Source: Patescibacteria group bacterium
GTDB taxonomy: Bacteria; Patescibacteriota; Minisyncoccia; UBA6257; HR35
DNA length: 32,000 nucleotides
Assembly: GCA_030549845.1 (NCBI GenBank)
Contig: JAUQQN010000005.1
Location: 1,080 to 33,079, forward strand
Reading direction: 5' to 3'
The notes under the pieces are model-generated. The model was not told the origin of the DNA, did not search any database, and saw nothing but the letters and a program-made list of their open reading frames with translations. Below are positions 1 to 6,277 of the stretch, piece after piece. The translations under genes were made by a program, and so were the position numbers. Numbering within the stretch: the stretch's first letter is position 1; each line of letters begins with the position of its first letter.

Positions 1-94
1 CTCCCCCCTACCGCCAAATGGCTCCCAGATAAGTAAAAGCAATATAAGTAAAAGTTATAAATATAATAATATTAATAACAAACAAACCAACAAC

Positions 95-127
95 TTATCA
101 ACAGGGTTATCCACAGATTTATCCACA
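95..127 (+). promoter_or_regulatory. Tandem array of three DnaA-box-like 9-mers at 12-bp period
   Basis: TTATCAACA (95-103), TTATCCACA (107-115) and TTATCCACA (119-127) were read directly. They are separated by GGG and GAT. Two copies equal the canonical DnaA box. Confidence 0.55.
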
Positions 128-193
128 ATTAAATGTATTAACTGTAAAAAATATTTCAGAAAAAAAGATATAGTATTAATAATAAGAGGGGGT

Positions 194-220
194 GGAGTGT
201 GTAAAAAATGCTACACCTCC
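194..220 (+). promoter_or_regulatory. Stem-loop 9 nt upstream of the ATG at 230
   Basis: GGAG(T)GTGTA pairs with TACACCTCC, with one bulged T and an 8-nt loop. TAATCTAAT and then the ATG follow. Confidence 0.35.
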
Positions 221-229
221 TAATCTAAT

Positions 230-676
230 ATGAAAAACAATAATGAAAAAAAAGCAATTTTAATACTTATTATAATATTTTTAGTTTTAACATTTCTTAT
301 TTCAAATTCTTTAAAAATAAAAAATAAAAACCTAGAACAACTTAAAGAGGGTGAAAAACAAGAAATGATAAATAAAAAATTTGAAGAATTAATAAATTGT
401 GAAAGCTCTAATAATGAGTTGGCTATTAACAGAAAAGATAGTGATGGAACGGCAAGTTTTGGACTTTTACAATGGAAGCCCGAAACCTTTAGAAGGTTGG
501 CCATTAAATATGGAGTTATTGGAGAAAAAGCAGATTGGAACTGGACGATGACTTTAATTTTTGATAGGAGAGTGAATAAGAAGATTTTTACTGAAATTGT
601 AAACGATGCAGCAGAAAATCCATACAATTTATGGCCTATTTGTTGTAAAAAAATTGGGTGTAAATTTAAAAATTAA
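230..676 (+). CDS. Membrane-anchored Rpf-like transglycosylase-domain (lysozyme-like) protein
   Basis: There is an N-terminal hydrophobic helix (AILILIIIFLVLTFLI). INCESSNNELAIN..SFGLLQWKPETF plus the C-terminal LWPICCKKIGC fit the CES..GGLQF..TW...W.vC..KLG pattern of the resuscitation-promoting-factor transglycosylase-like domain. Confidence 0.65.
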   Translation: MKNNNEKKAILILIIIFLVLTFLISNSLKIKNKNLEQLKEGEKQEMINKKFEELINCESSNNELAINRKDSDGTASFGLLQWKPETFRRLAIKYGVIGEKADWNWTMTLIFDRRVNKKIFTEIVNDAAENPYNLWPICCKKIGCKFKN

Positions 677-680
677 CAAA

Positions 681-717
681 AACTACATTGCGGTTATTTA
701 TTTAATCGCGTGTAGTT
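681..717 (+). promoter_or_regulatory. Stem-loop 7 nt upstream of the ATG at 725
   Basis: AACTACAT(T)GCG pairs with CGCGTGTAGTT (one G-T pair, one bulge) around a 14-nt loop. AAAAATT and then the ATG follow. Confidence 0.4.
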
Positions 718-724
718 AAAAATT

Positions 725-895
725 ATGAAAAATGACAATCTAAACATATTTTTAATCATAATTCTTTCAATTTTTCTAATAAACTTGGTGATTAACATTT
801 CTATTTTGTTAAACATCAAAAACAAATACAAAGAATCAACTAAACAAATTAATACACCATATATTTTTAAAAAACTAGAATATTGCCCAAAATAA
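725..895 (+). CDS. Small single-pass membrane protein (56 aa, below the ORF-track cutoff)
   Basis: Own translation gives MKNDNLNIFLIIILSIFLINLVINISILLNIKNKYKESTKQINTPYIFKKLEYCPK, with the stop at 893-895. It is co-oriented with its neighbours and preferred over the antisense ORF 694..900. Confidence 0.35.
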   Translation: MKNDNLNIFLIIILSIFLINLVINISILLNIKNKYKESTKQINTPYIFKKLEYCPK

Positions 896-898
896 AAC

Positions 899-1018
899 AT
901 GACAAAAAGTATAATTTTGGCATTTATTTTATTTTTCTTACCAATACAATTTATGCCAGGATTTTTTTTCTGGCTATTTATTACTTATTTATTTTTTAGA
1001 ATAAGCCTAGATGAATAA
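899..1018 (+). CDS. Small hydrophobic peptide (39 aa)
   Basis: Own translation gives MTKSIILAFILFFLPIQFMPGFFFWLFITYLFFRISLDE. The ATG lies 3 nt after the previous stop. Confidence 0.3.
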   Translation: MTKSIILAFILFFLPIQFMPGFFFWLFITYLFFRISLDE

Positions 1019-1032
1019 CATTAAATATGGTG

Positions 1033-1109
1033 TTAAAATATATAAAGTAGCATTGAATATTAAAATTAAAAATATATCAACTCTTCGAGTTGATGATTAA
1101 AAAATAAAA
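1033..1109 (+). promoter_or_regulatory. Conserved upstream module, copy A (19-mer box, 8-bp/3-nt hairpin, A-rich leader)
   Basis: TTAAAATATATAAAGTAGC lies at 1033-1051 and a hairpin at 1076-1094 (ATCAACTC TTC GAGTTGAT). GATTAAAAAATAAAA then leads to the ATG at 1110. A near-identical module lies at 1634-1712. Confidence 0.55.
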
Positions 1110-1565
1110 ATGAATAAACATCTTAAAAAAAACACAAAAGTTTATATCTTTTTCTCAATTAGTCTTTTAACAATTAGAGATAGTGGTAAAAAAGCAATAC
1201 AAGAAAGAGAAATAATAAAAAAAAGAATTGAAAAAGGAAATAACTGTTTCCACAAAGTTATAATTTATGAAAATCTTGAAAAAACAAGTTATTACGTTTT
1301 TGAAAGTAAAGTAGGGTTTCATTTTAAACCCCTTGATATTAAAATTAAGGAAATGTTACCTCCCGCGCTAAAACAGCGGTTTGAGGTTTACGAAGCTTAT
1401 TTTCCTCGTCAAGCGGTTTTAAGATATGAATGTGTAAAAAATTTAGACCATAAAGATTTTAAAGAATTTTATTTATATAGTAATCGTAAAATACCGTGGG
1501 GATATTATTGGATATATGTAGATACTAGAAAAGTAAGTGTTCCCATTGATCTGAAAATGAGCTAA
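1110..1565 (+). CDS. Hypothetical early protein (151 aa)
   Basis: This is a long ORF preceded by conserved module copy A. No family was recognised. Confidence 0.55.
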   Translation: MNKHLKKNTKVYIFFSISLLTIRDSGKKAIQEREIIKKRIEKGNNCFHKVIIYENLEKTSYYVFESKVGFHFKPLDIKIKEMLPPALKQRFEVYEAYFPRQAVLRYECVKNLDHKDFKEFYLYSNRKIPWGYYWIYVDTRKVSVPIDLKMS

Positions 1566-1633
1566 TAAAACTAATGAGAGAAAATAAACAAAAATCAAAA
1601 AGGAAGCATAAAATGGTTGGAAATTAAATTGTA

Positions 1634-1712
1634 TTAAAATATATAAAGTAGCCACTAGGTGTAAATATAACATAATATATCCACTCTCTGGGTGGATGAT
1701 TAAAAAATAAAA
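1634..1712 (+). promoter_or_regulatory. Conserved upstream module, copy B
   Basis: The same 19-mer lies at 1634-1652 and a hairpin at 1679-1697 (ATCCACTC TCT GGGTGGAT). The identical GATTAAAAAATAAAA leader precedes the ATG at 1713. The distance from hairpin to ATG (15 nt) is the same as in copy A. Confidence 0.55.
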
Positions 1713-1970
1713 ATGAAAAAAATAAAATTGGGGAAGAAATATTTATATCCAATTTTTACAATTACAAAAATTTGTAATAATTTAGATATGGCGAATGAAG
1801 AGCTTAAAAAATTTTTAGAGAAAAAGAAAGATAACCGCCTAGCTAAACATACTAAGTATTATGACGAATATTTTTTGATTGTTAAAGATGAATTTTCTGT
1901 ATATAACCATCAATTTGGAGAGATTAAATTAACAAAGGGTTTGTATTATTTAAGTTTTTGGTTTGAATAA
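1713..1970 (+). CDS. Hypothetical early protein (85 aa)
   Basis: The ORF is preceded by conserved module copy B. No family was recognised. Confidence 0.5.
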   Translation: MKKIKLGKKYLYPIFTITKICNNLDMANEELKKFLEKKKDNRLAKHTKYYDEYFLIVKDEFSVYNHQFGEIKLTKGLYYLSFWFE

Positions 1971-1972
1971 AG

Positions 1973-1994
1973 TCAACAAAAAGATTTTTGTTGA
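1973..1994 (+). promoter_or_regulatory. Intercistronic stem-loop
   Basis: TCAACAAAA (1973-1981) pairs with TTTTGTTGA (1986-1994) around a 4-nt loop. It lies 3 nt after the TAA of the 1713..1970 gene and has no T-tract. Confidence 0.45.
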
Positions 1995-2011
1995 AGTAAT
2001 AAGAGATAAAA

Positions 2012-2422
2012 GTGAGAACCCCTATGATTTATGGGAAAATTGTTGCAGGAAAGTGGGGTGTAAAAAGGTCGGTAATTAAAAGAGAAAAGTTAAAAATGGA
2101 GAACATTGATAAAGAAGATTTGTTAATAAAAACCGTAAATATTTTACGTAATCGTCTTTTGGAGTTACACTCAAAAATAAATGAAGCAAGTATAAATAAA
2201 GATGAAGTAAACGCTCTTGTTTTAAATATTTTAGATGATTTTGAAAAATTGATGTCGTTGGTTAATGAAGCATTGTCTACGATACAATCATTAAACAAAA
2301 TGATTGATAGATTGGAAGATAGGGTTTCTAAATTAAACAAAGAACTAAATTTTATGGGGGAATTAGCAACAAAAATGTATTTTGGATGGGAAGATGAACA
2401 AACACCGCCAAAAAGGTTATAA
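2012..2422 (+). CDS. Coiled-coil protein, start uncertain (GTG 2012, ATG 2024 or ATG 2096)
   Basis: The protein is heptad-like and charged (LLELHSKINEASINKDEVNALVLNILDDFEKLMSLVNEALSTIQSLNKMIDRLEDRVSKLNKEL). Its 3' end overlaps the next gene. Confidence 0.5.
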   Translation: MRTPMIYGKIVAGKWGVKRSVIKREKLKMENIDKEDLLIKTVNILRNRLLELHSKINEASINKDEVNALVLNILDDFEKLMSLVNEALSTIQSLNKMIDRLEDRVSKLNKELNFMGELATKMYFGWEDEQTPPKRL

Positions 2423-2720
2423 ATTAGAACATTTTCTTGAGAAATTCTTTAACGAAAACGGAATTGAAGTAAAAAGACGAGGTTTGGCTTATGAAGAAGA
2501 CTTAATTTTCATCAAAACTGGTGAAAAAATGGAGGTTAAGAATAGAAAAAATGCAAATTTAAGCCAAATTTATGAATTTTTGGGTGAAAATGACTATTTG
2601 GCGATTAAACAAACAAGTAGAAAGCATAGAAATAGGCCTATTTTAATTGTTTTAAGATTAGAGAAGTTTTTGGAACTATTAAAAAATCAAATGAGTTGTC
2701 GTGTTTCTTGTGATGCGTAG
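2394..2720 (+). CDS. Hjc-like Holliday-junction resolvase (small PD-(D/E)XK nuclease)
   Basis: RQKGYKLEHFLEKFFNENGIEVKRRG..EEDLIFIKTGEKMEVKNRKN matches the archaeal-type Hjc pattern KG..E..l...L...G..V.R...DL......EVK..K. The ATG at 2394 is preferred to the TTG at 2382. Confidence 0.55.
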   Translation: MNKHRQKGYKLEHFLEKFFNENGIEVKRRGLAYEEDLIFIKTGEKMEVKNRKNANLSQIYEFLGENDYLAIKQTSRKHRNRPILIVLRLEKFLELLKNQMSCRVSCDA

Positions 2721-2735
2721 CATTATCAACAAATA

Positions 2736-2763
2736 AAATGGGGGGGCTAATTGCCCCCCATTT
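2736..2763. terminator. Bidirectional intrinsic terminator between convergent genes
   Basis: AAATGGGGGG(GC TAATT GC)CCCCCCATTT forms a GC-rich stem. A T-tract (TTTGTTT) follows on the + strand and ATTTTATTT follows on the - strand. It sits between the stops at 2720 (+) and 2766 (-). Confidence 0.75.
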
Positions 2764-2765
2764 GT

Positions 2766-3362
2766 TTAAAGCCTAATAGAATAAAGAGTTTTACTATCTA
2801 AATATCCAAATGAATTTACTGCCAAAAGATAATATTTCCCCGTACTAGTATCTTTAGCGTAAATACCGCCGCCAGATATTCCTGGTATAACAACTCCCTG
2901 GGTGATTATATATTTTTCATCTTTATTTATTATCCTTGGCCTCCACGATTTACCAAAAACAGCCTGCGGGCAACCAAATGCTACAGTAATTTCGCCAACA
3001 TTTTCAATATTCGGTGGTGGTAAATTACAAGGATTAAGGTGTTTGGGAGTTATTATCTGACAAAATGCTAAATCACTTTCAACGTTTAGTATAACATCTT
3101 TTATTGGAATAGTAGCTATTCTACAGTCATCTATGAAAAGCGTAGCATTTGCATCACTAAATGGAAAAGAAAAAAGGTGGGCGGCGGTTATTATGCCAAC
3201 TGGAGTAATAGTACCGGCACCGCAAACCATTCTTTCGCTGTTTTCTACAATAACAGAGCAAACAAATCTTTTAATTTCTTCATCGAAATACGGAAAAATC
3301 CATGGAAGAAATTCGAATAAGAGCCTATTTTTCTTAAACAAAACATATTTTGGGCGGAACAT
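2766..3362 (-). CDS. Trypsin/chymotrypsin-fold serine protease
   Basis: The catalytic triad motifs appear in order: ITAAHLF (His), ESDLAFCQI (Asp) and PGISGGGIY (GxSGG Ser). The ATG at 3362 is preceded by the G-rich SD AAGGGGGTGAGG, whereas the track start at 3371 is a GTG inside that SD. Confidence 0.7.
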   Translation of the reverse strand: MFRPKYVLFKKNRLLFEFLPWIFPYFDEEIKRFVCSVIVENSERMVCGAGTITPVGIITAAHLFSFPFSDANATLFIDDCRIATIPIKDVILNVESDLAFCQIITPKHLNPCNLPPPNIENVGEITVAFGCPQAVFGKSWRPRIINKDEKYIITQGVVIPGISGGGIYAKDTSTGKYYLLAVNSFGYLDSKTLYSIRL

Positions 3363-3386
3363 ATGCCTCACCCCCTTGTTTTGTTT

Positions 3387-4037
3387 TTAGATTATTAAAT
3401 TCTCGTGTTTCTTATCTCTACAAGAGCATCTTGGCGGCGTATCCATAACTAAAAAAGTATGAAGCATTTGTGCTCTTTGAATTAAATGCTCTAAATACCA
3501 ATCAGAGTAAAAGTGTGGGAATTCTTTAAGTTTTAAACCACCATCTAAATCATATCCAGCATACAATAGTACTCCTTTTACTCTTTTTAGCGCAGCTAAA
3601 TAAAAATTAAGCTGAAGTTTGTGCGCAAAATGTGGATTTGGCGGGACAGTTCTTACGTGTTTAAATTCCCACACCTCCTCATCAACTCCTTTTCCCCTAA
3701 TAGCATCTGCGTGTCCAATAATCTTTATTTTCTCGCCAGCAACATCAACGTCTATAGAGCACTCAACCTCAACCCTATCCCAGAAATTTTTTCCTTCCCT
3801 ATCTTTTAATGATTGGATCAGTCTATGAAAAACTACGCCACCAGCCAATAAAAGAACAATATCGTCTGGAATTTCTTCCGGCTTTTTACCATCAAAAAAT
3901 CGATAATAATTAAACTGCTTCCTTGTGCAGCTCCACGCCAAAACAGATGGTCTGTAAATTCCAATCTTCACTGGCTGATTATTCTCGCCGAAATACTTTT
4001 TTCTACAATAATCCGCGAGTAATTTTTGTATTGTCAT
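3387..4037 (-). CDS. Cas4/RecB-like PD-(D/E)XK exonuclease
   Basis: GHADAI...EVWEFKH...QLNFYL matches the D...ExK...QxxxY order. There are N-terminal C.RK.YF / SCTRKQF cysteines and a C-terminal PPRCSCRDKKH cysteine cluster, as in Cas4-type Fe-S nucleases. The SD AGGGGTGA lies 6 nt before the ATG. Confidence 0.6.
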   Translation of the reverse strand: MTIQKLLADYCRKKYFGENNQPVKIGIYRPSVLAWSCTRKQFNYYRFFDGKKPEEIPDDIVLLLAGGVVFHRLIQSLKDREGKNFWDRVEVECSIDVDVAGEKIKIIGHADAIRGKGVDEEVWEFKHVRTVPPNPHFAHKLQLNFYLAALKRVKGVLLYAGYDLDGGLKLKEFPHFYSDWYLEHLIQRAQMLHTFLVMDTPPRCSCRDKKHENLII

Positions 4038-4079
4038 GGCTTATCACCCCTGTTTTTGTTTTTTAGTTGCTATTTGAAA

Positions 4080-4127
4080 ATTATAAAACAATTTTTATTT
4101 TGTCAACAACTAAAGATATGATATAAT
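4080..4127. promoter_or_regulatory. Back-to-back divergent promoters sharing the -35 region
   Basis: On the + strand: TTGTCA (4100-4105), a 16-nt spacer, then TGaTATAAT (4119-4127). On the - strand: TTGACA (complement of 4101-4106), a 15-nt spacer, then TATAAT (complement of 4080-4085). Confidence 0.55.
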
Positions 4128-4133
4128 AATTTT

Positions 4134-4400
4134 ATGTTTTTCAAAAATATTAATAAAGATTCAAATGAGAATGAATTTTTTGAAACGGCAGACTTTGGAT
4201 TAATAGTTTACCTCACTTATTTGGGATATAAAATTGTTGAGATTAAAAAAACTAATAATAAAAGAAAAATATTTGTTTTTAAAAGAACTCCAAAAATAGA
4301 AATTGACATAAAACAATTTTGGGAAAGAGAGGCGATGGTTGAGCCACAGCAATTTTTAAACACCATAAAATACGTAAAAAGCAGAATATACAATTCGTGA
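4134..4400 (+). CDS. DUF5659-like small protein
   Basis: FETADFGLIVYLTYLGYKI..IFVFKR and FWEREAMVEPQQFLNTIKYVKSRIY match the remembered DUF5659 pattern (..YWKRELRVEPQAYFNQLKIIKTRLY). Confidence 0.6.
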   Translation: MFFKNINKDSNENEFFETADFGLIVYLTYLGYKIVEIKKTNNKRKIFVFKRTPKIEIDIKQFWEREAMVEPQQFLNTIKYVKSRIYNS

Positions 4401-4425
4401 AAAACGTATTTTAACTATATTTATT

Positions 4426-4557
4426 TTATTCTTCCTCTTCTATTTTTTCCCAGTCTTCTTCTTCCCAGCTCTCTTCTTCATTTTCTTCTTCGTCTTCTTC
4501 ATAATAAAAACCCTCTTTATAATATTCGTCTCCCTCACTTGAGGGAATATAGTTCAT
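4426..4557 (-). CDS. Hyper-acidic 43-aa protein (below the ORF-track cutoff)
   Basis: Own translation gives MNYIPSSEGDEYYKEGFYYEEDEEENEEESWEEEDWEKIEEEE. The ATG lies 6 nt after the stop of the holin-like gene, and a GGGGAG SD-like motif lies 10 nt upstream. Confidence 0.4.
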   Translation of the reverse strand: MNYIPSSEGDEYYKEGFYYEEDEEENEEESWEEEDWEKIEEEE

Positions 4558-4563
4558 TAATTT

Positions 4564-4827
4564 TTATCTCCCCAAGATTTTTTTTATAACAACAAAAAAT
4601 CCTTGAGGAGAGAATAAAAGTGGTAAAATTACATCCCAATCTAAATCAATTATATTAAAATATTTTAATGCAGCAATCGATAAACCAGCTAAAATTGAAT
4701 AAAATACATCTTTTACTCTTTCATTTAAACCAATTACTTTTTGTTCAATTATTTTTAAAATCTCAACACCAATAACAACAGAAAGTATAAAAGAAAAAGG
4801 AATTAATGATTGTGGTAATGTAATCAT
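4564..4827 (-). CDS. Holin-like small membrane protein
   Basis: The 87-aa protein has three hydrophobic segments (LIPFSFILSVVIGVEIL, FYSILAGLSIAAL, VILPLLFSPQGFFVVI) and lies directly downstream of the M23 lysin gene. Confidence 0.45.
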   Translation of the reverse strand: MITLPQSLIPFSFILSVVIGVEILKIIEQKVIGLNERVKDVFYSILAGLSIAALKYFNIIDLDWDVILPLLFSPQGFFVVIKKILGR

Positions 4828-4838
4828 GTTTTAAAATA

Positions 4839-4865
4839 CCCACAACACCTTTAAGTGTTTATGGG
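4839..4865 (-). promoter_or_regulatory. Stem-loop 11 nt upstream of the holin-like ATG
   Basis: In the minus-sense RNA, CCCATAAACAC / GTGTTGTGGG pair with two G-U pairs. On the + strand the same positions are C-A mismatches. A TGtTATAAT extended -10 (complement of 4872-4880) lies just upstream. Confidence 0.45.
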
Positions 4866-4888
4866 CATTTAAATATTATAACACACGA

Positions 4889-5866
4889 TTAACCATTCTT
4901 CCAAATCCTATTCCAAGCATAATTCAAAAATAAACCGATTACTGATTTAAACCACAAACCCAATGTTTTTTCTGTTTTTGAATAATTGTTATATTTTCTG
5001 ACCCAATCTAATTCTGTTAAAAGCCAATCACCTATTTTATCATTAAGAGAATTAAAACCACAAATTCTTATAAGATTTTCAGCGTATTTAAAAGGATTGT
5101 TCCCATCCTCCTTGGGAGCCCAAACCTTGCAAAATTCTAAAATTGTTGAATTTCCATTTAAACCAGTTCTTGTATTTCCTCTCGCCTTTTGTTCTAAATC
5201 CCATACGAGTGCCCTAAAACCATCTTCTGGAGTATTAAAAACAGCAAAACCACCCTTTTGTCCAATTTGAAATGGAGACCATCTTAAACCACCGGGATTA
5301 TTATTTTTAACTAAAATTTCTGATTTATTACCAAAATATCCCTCAATTTGGCCAATTGCTTTCGCTACCCTCACTAAAACCCTTTGACAGTTAATGTTCG
5401 GGTCTATAAAACCATCGAGCCCATTATCAACATCTTTATATTTATGACCATAATTCCAAAATTTCGCCGGCCCCCCATTATCGTCATCAATTTTTCTAAC
5501 AGCAAAATGAAGATGAGACCAATATGGTTTTAAAAATTCTTGTATAGATGCTCCCCGACTATCCTGATATCCCAAAAACGTTTCAAAAGATATTAAATCA
5601 CCACTTTGAACTCGAATATTTTTTAGATGAGCAAAAACATATTCCCAGTTATTAGTGTCTGATAAAACTATAGTTCCCTCGTCTTGAAGTGCTGGATTTA
5701 CTTTTTCTACTTTACAAGTGTCATCTACAAAAGAATAAACCGGGTCTCCATCACCAATTGAAATATCTATACCATTATGCCACGGTATTTCAGTTTTCAA
5801 ATCTTCTCTTTGTCCGTAATCAGCAAGTAAGAGTATTTCTTTAAGCTTAAAAGGAAATCTCCACAT
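4889..5866 (-). CDS. M23 (LytM-type) peptidoglycan endopeptidase with an extra C-terminal domain; probable endolysin
   Basis: The M23 metal ligands are WHNGIDI (HxxxD) and SHLHF (HxH). The C-terminal half carries NNNPGGLRWSPFQ...GFAVFNTPEDGFRAL, which is of unknown family. Confidence 0.7.
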   Translation of the reverse strand: MWRFPFKLKEILLLADYGQREDLKTEIPWHNGIDISIGDGDPVYSFVDDTCKVEKVNPALQDEGTIVLSDTNNWEYVFAHLKNIRVQSGDLISFETFLGYQDSRGASIQEFLKPYWSHLHFAVRKIDDDNGGPAKFWNYGHKYKDVDNGLDGFIDPNINCQRVLVRVAKAIGQIEGYFGNKSEILVKNNNPGGLRWSPFQIGQKGGFAVFNTPEDGFRALVWDLEQKARGNTRTGLNGNSTILEFCKVWAPKEDGNNPFKYAENLIRICGFNSLNDKIGDWLLTELDWVRKYNNYSKTEKTLGLWFKSVIGLFLNYAWNRIWKNG

Positions 5867-5868
5867 CC

Positions 5869-6102
5869 TTAAAGTTTTTGAATGTTAACATTGCACTTAT
5901 TAATTGACCCCCATATCCTCATTAATCTTCTTATAAGTCTTATATTTCTACCCCTTTTACCAACTAACATTGGTAGATTATTTTTATCGCAAACTATTTT
6001 TAAATCAATTCCTCTTTCATTTATATCACTAACAACATCTACAGAAAATCCCCATATCAACTCTATTAAATTTTTAATTGTTTTTTCCGCCCTCTCCCTC
6101 AT
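5869..6102 (-). CDS. KhpA/YlqC-like single KH-domain RNA-binding protein
   Basis: The 77-aa protein contains LVGKRGRNIRLIRRLMRIW, with the GxxG KH motif in the same position and context as the UPF0109/KhpA family (..IGKqGRiakAIRtl..). Confidence 0.55.
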   Translation of the reverse strand: MRERAEKTIKNLIELIWGFSVDVVSDINERGIDLKIVCDKNNLPMLVGKRGRNIRLIRRLMRIWGSINKCNVNIQKL

Positions 6103-6274
6103 TTTCCTTTTTTAAAATATTTAAAATTTCTTGATACCTTTCATTTAAATCACCAAAATCGTTCCAAAACTTATTTAAAATATGGGTTATTTCTTGAATT
6201 ACTTCATCTTTTTTCATTAATATTTTTCTTTCTAACTCTTCTTTTTTATTTTGGTAATATTCTTTATCAAACAT
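6074..6274 (-). CDS. Hypothetical charged helical protein (66 aa)
   Basis: The ORF lies in the operon and overlaps the KH gene by 29 nt. No family was recognised. Confidence 0.45.
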   Translation of the reverse strand: MFDKEYYQNKKEELERKILMKKDEVIQEITHILNKFWNDFGDLNERYQEILNILKKENEGEGGKNN

Positions 6275-6277
6275 TTT

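Noticed and set aside
220-627. 135-aa minus-strand ORF opposite the Rpf-like gene
   Set aside because: It is a low-complexity, Phe/Leu/Ile/Ser-rich product typical of an antisense shadow in AT-rich DNA. The + strand frame has clear domain motifs.
694-900. 68-aa minus-strand ORF from the track
   Set aside because: All flanking genes are on the + strand. The + strand offers a compact ATG-initiated membrane ORF (725-895) preceded by the recurrent hairpin/A-rich leader. Neither ORF is proven.
1473-1673. 66-aa minus-strand ORF
   Set aside because: It overlaps the 3' end of the + gene 1110..1565 and the conserved upstream module copy B, so it is likely a shadow ORF.
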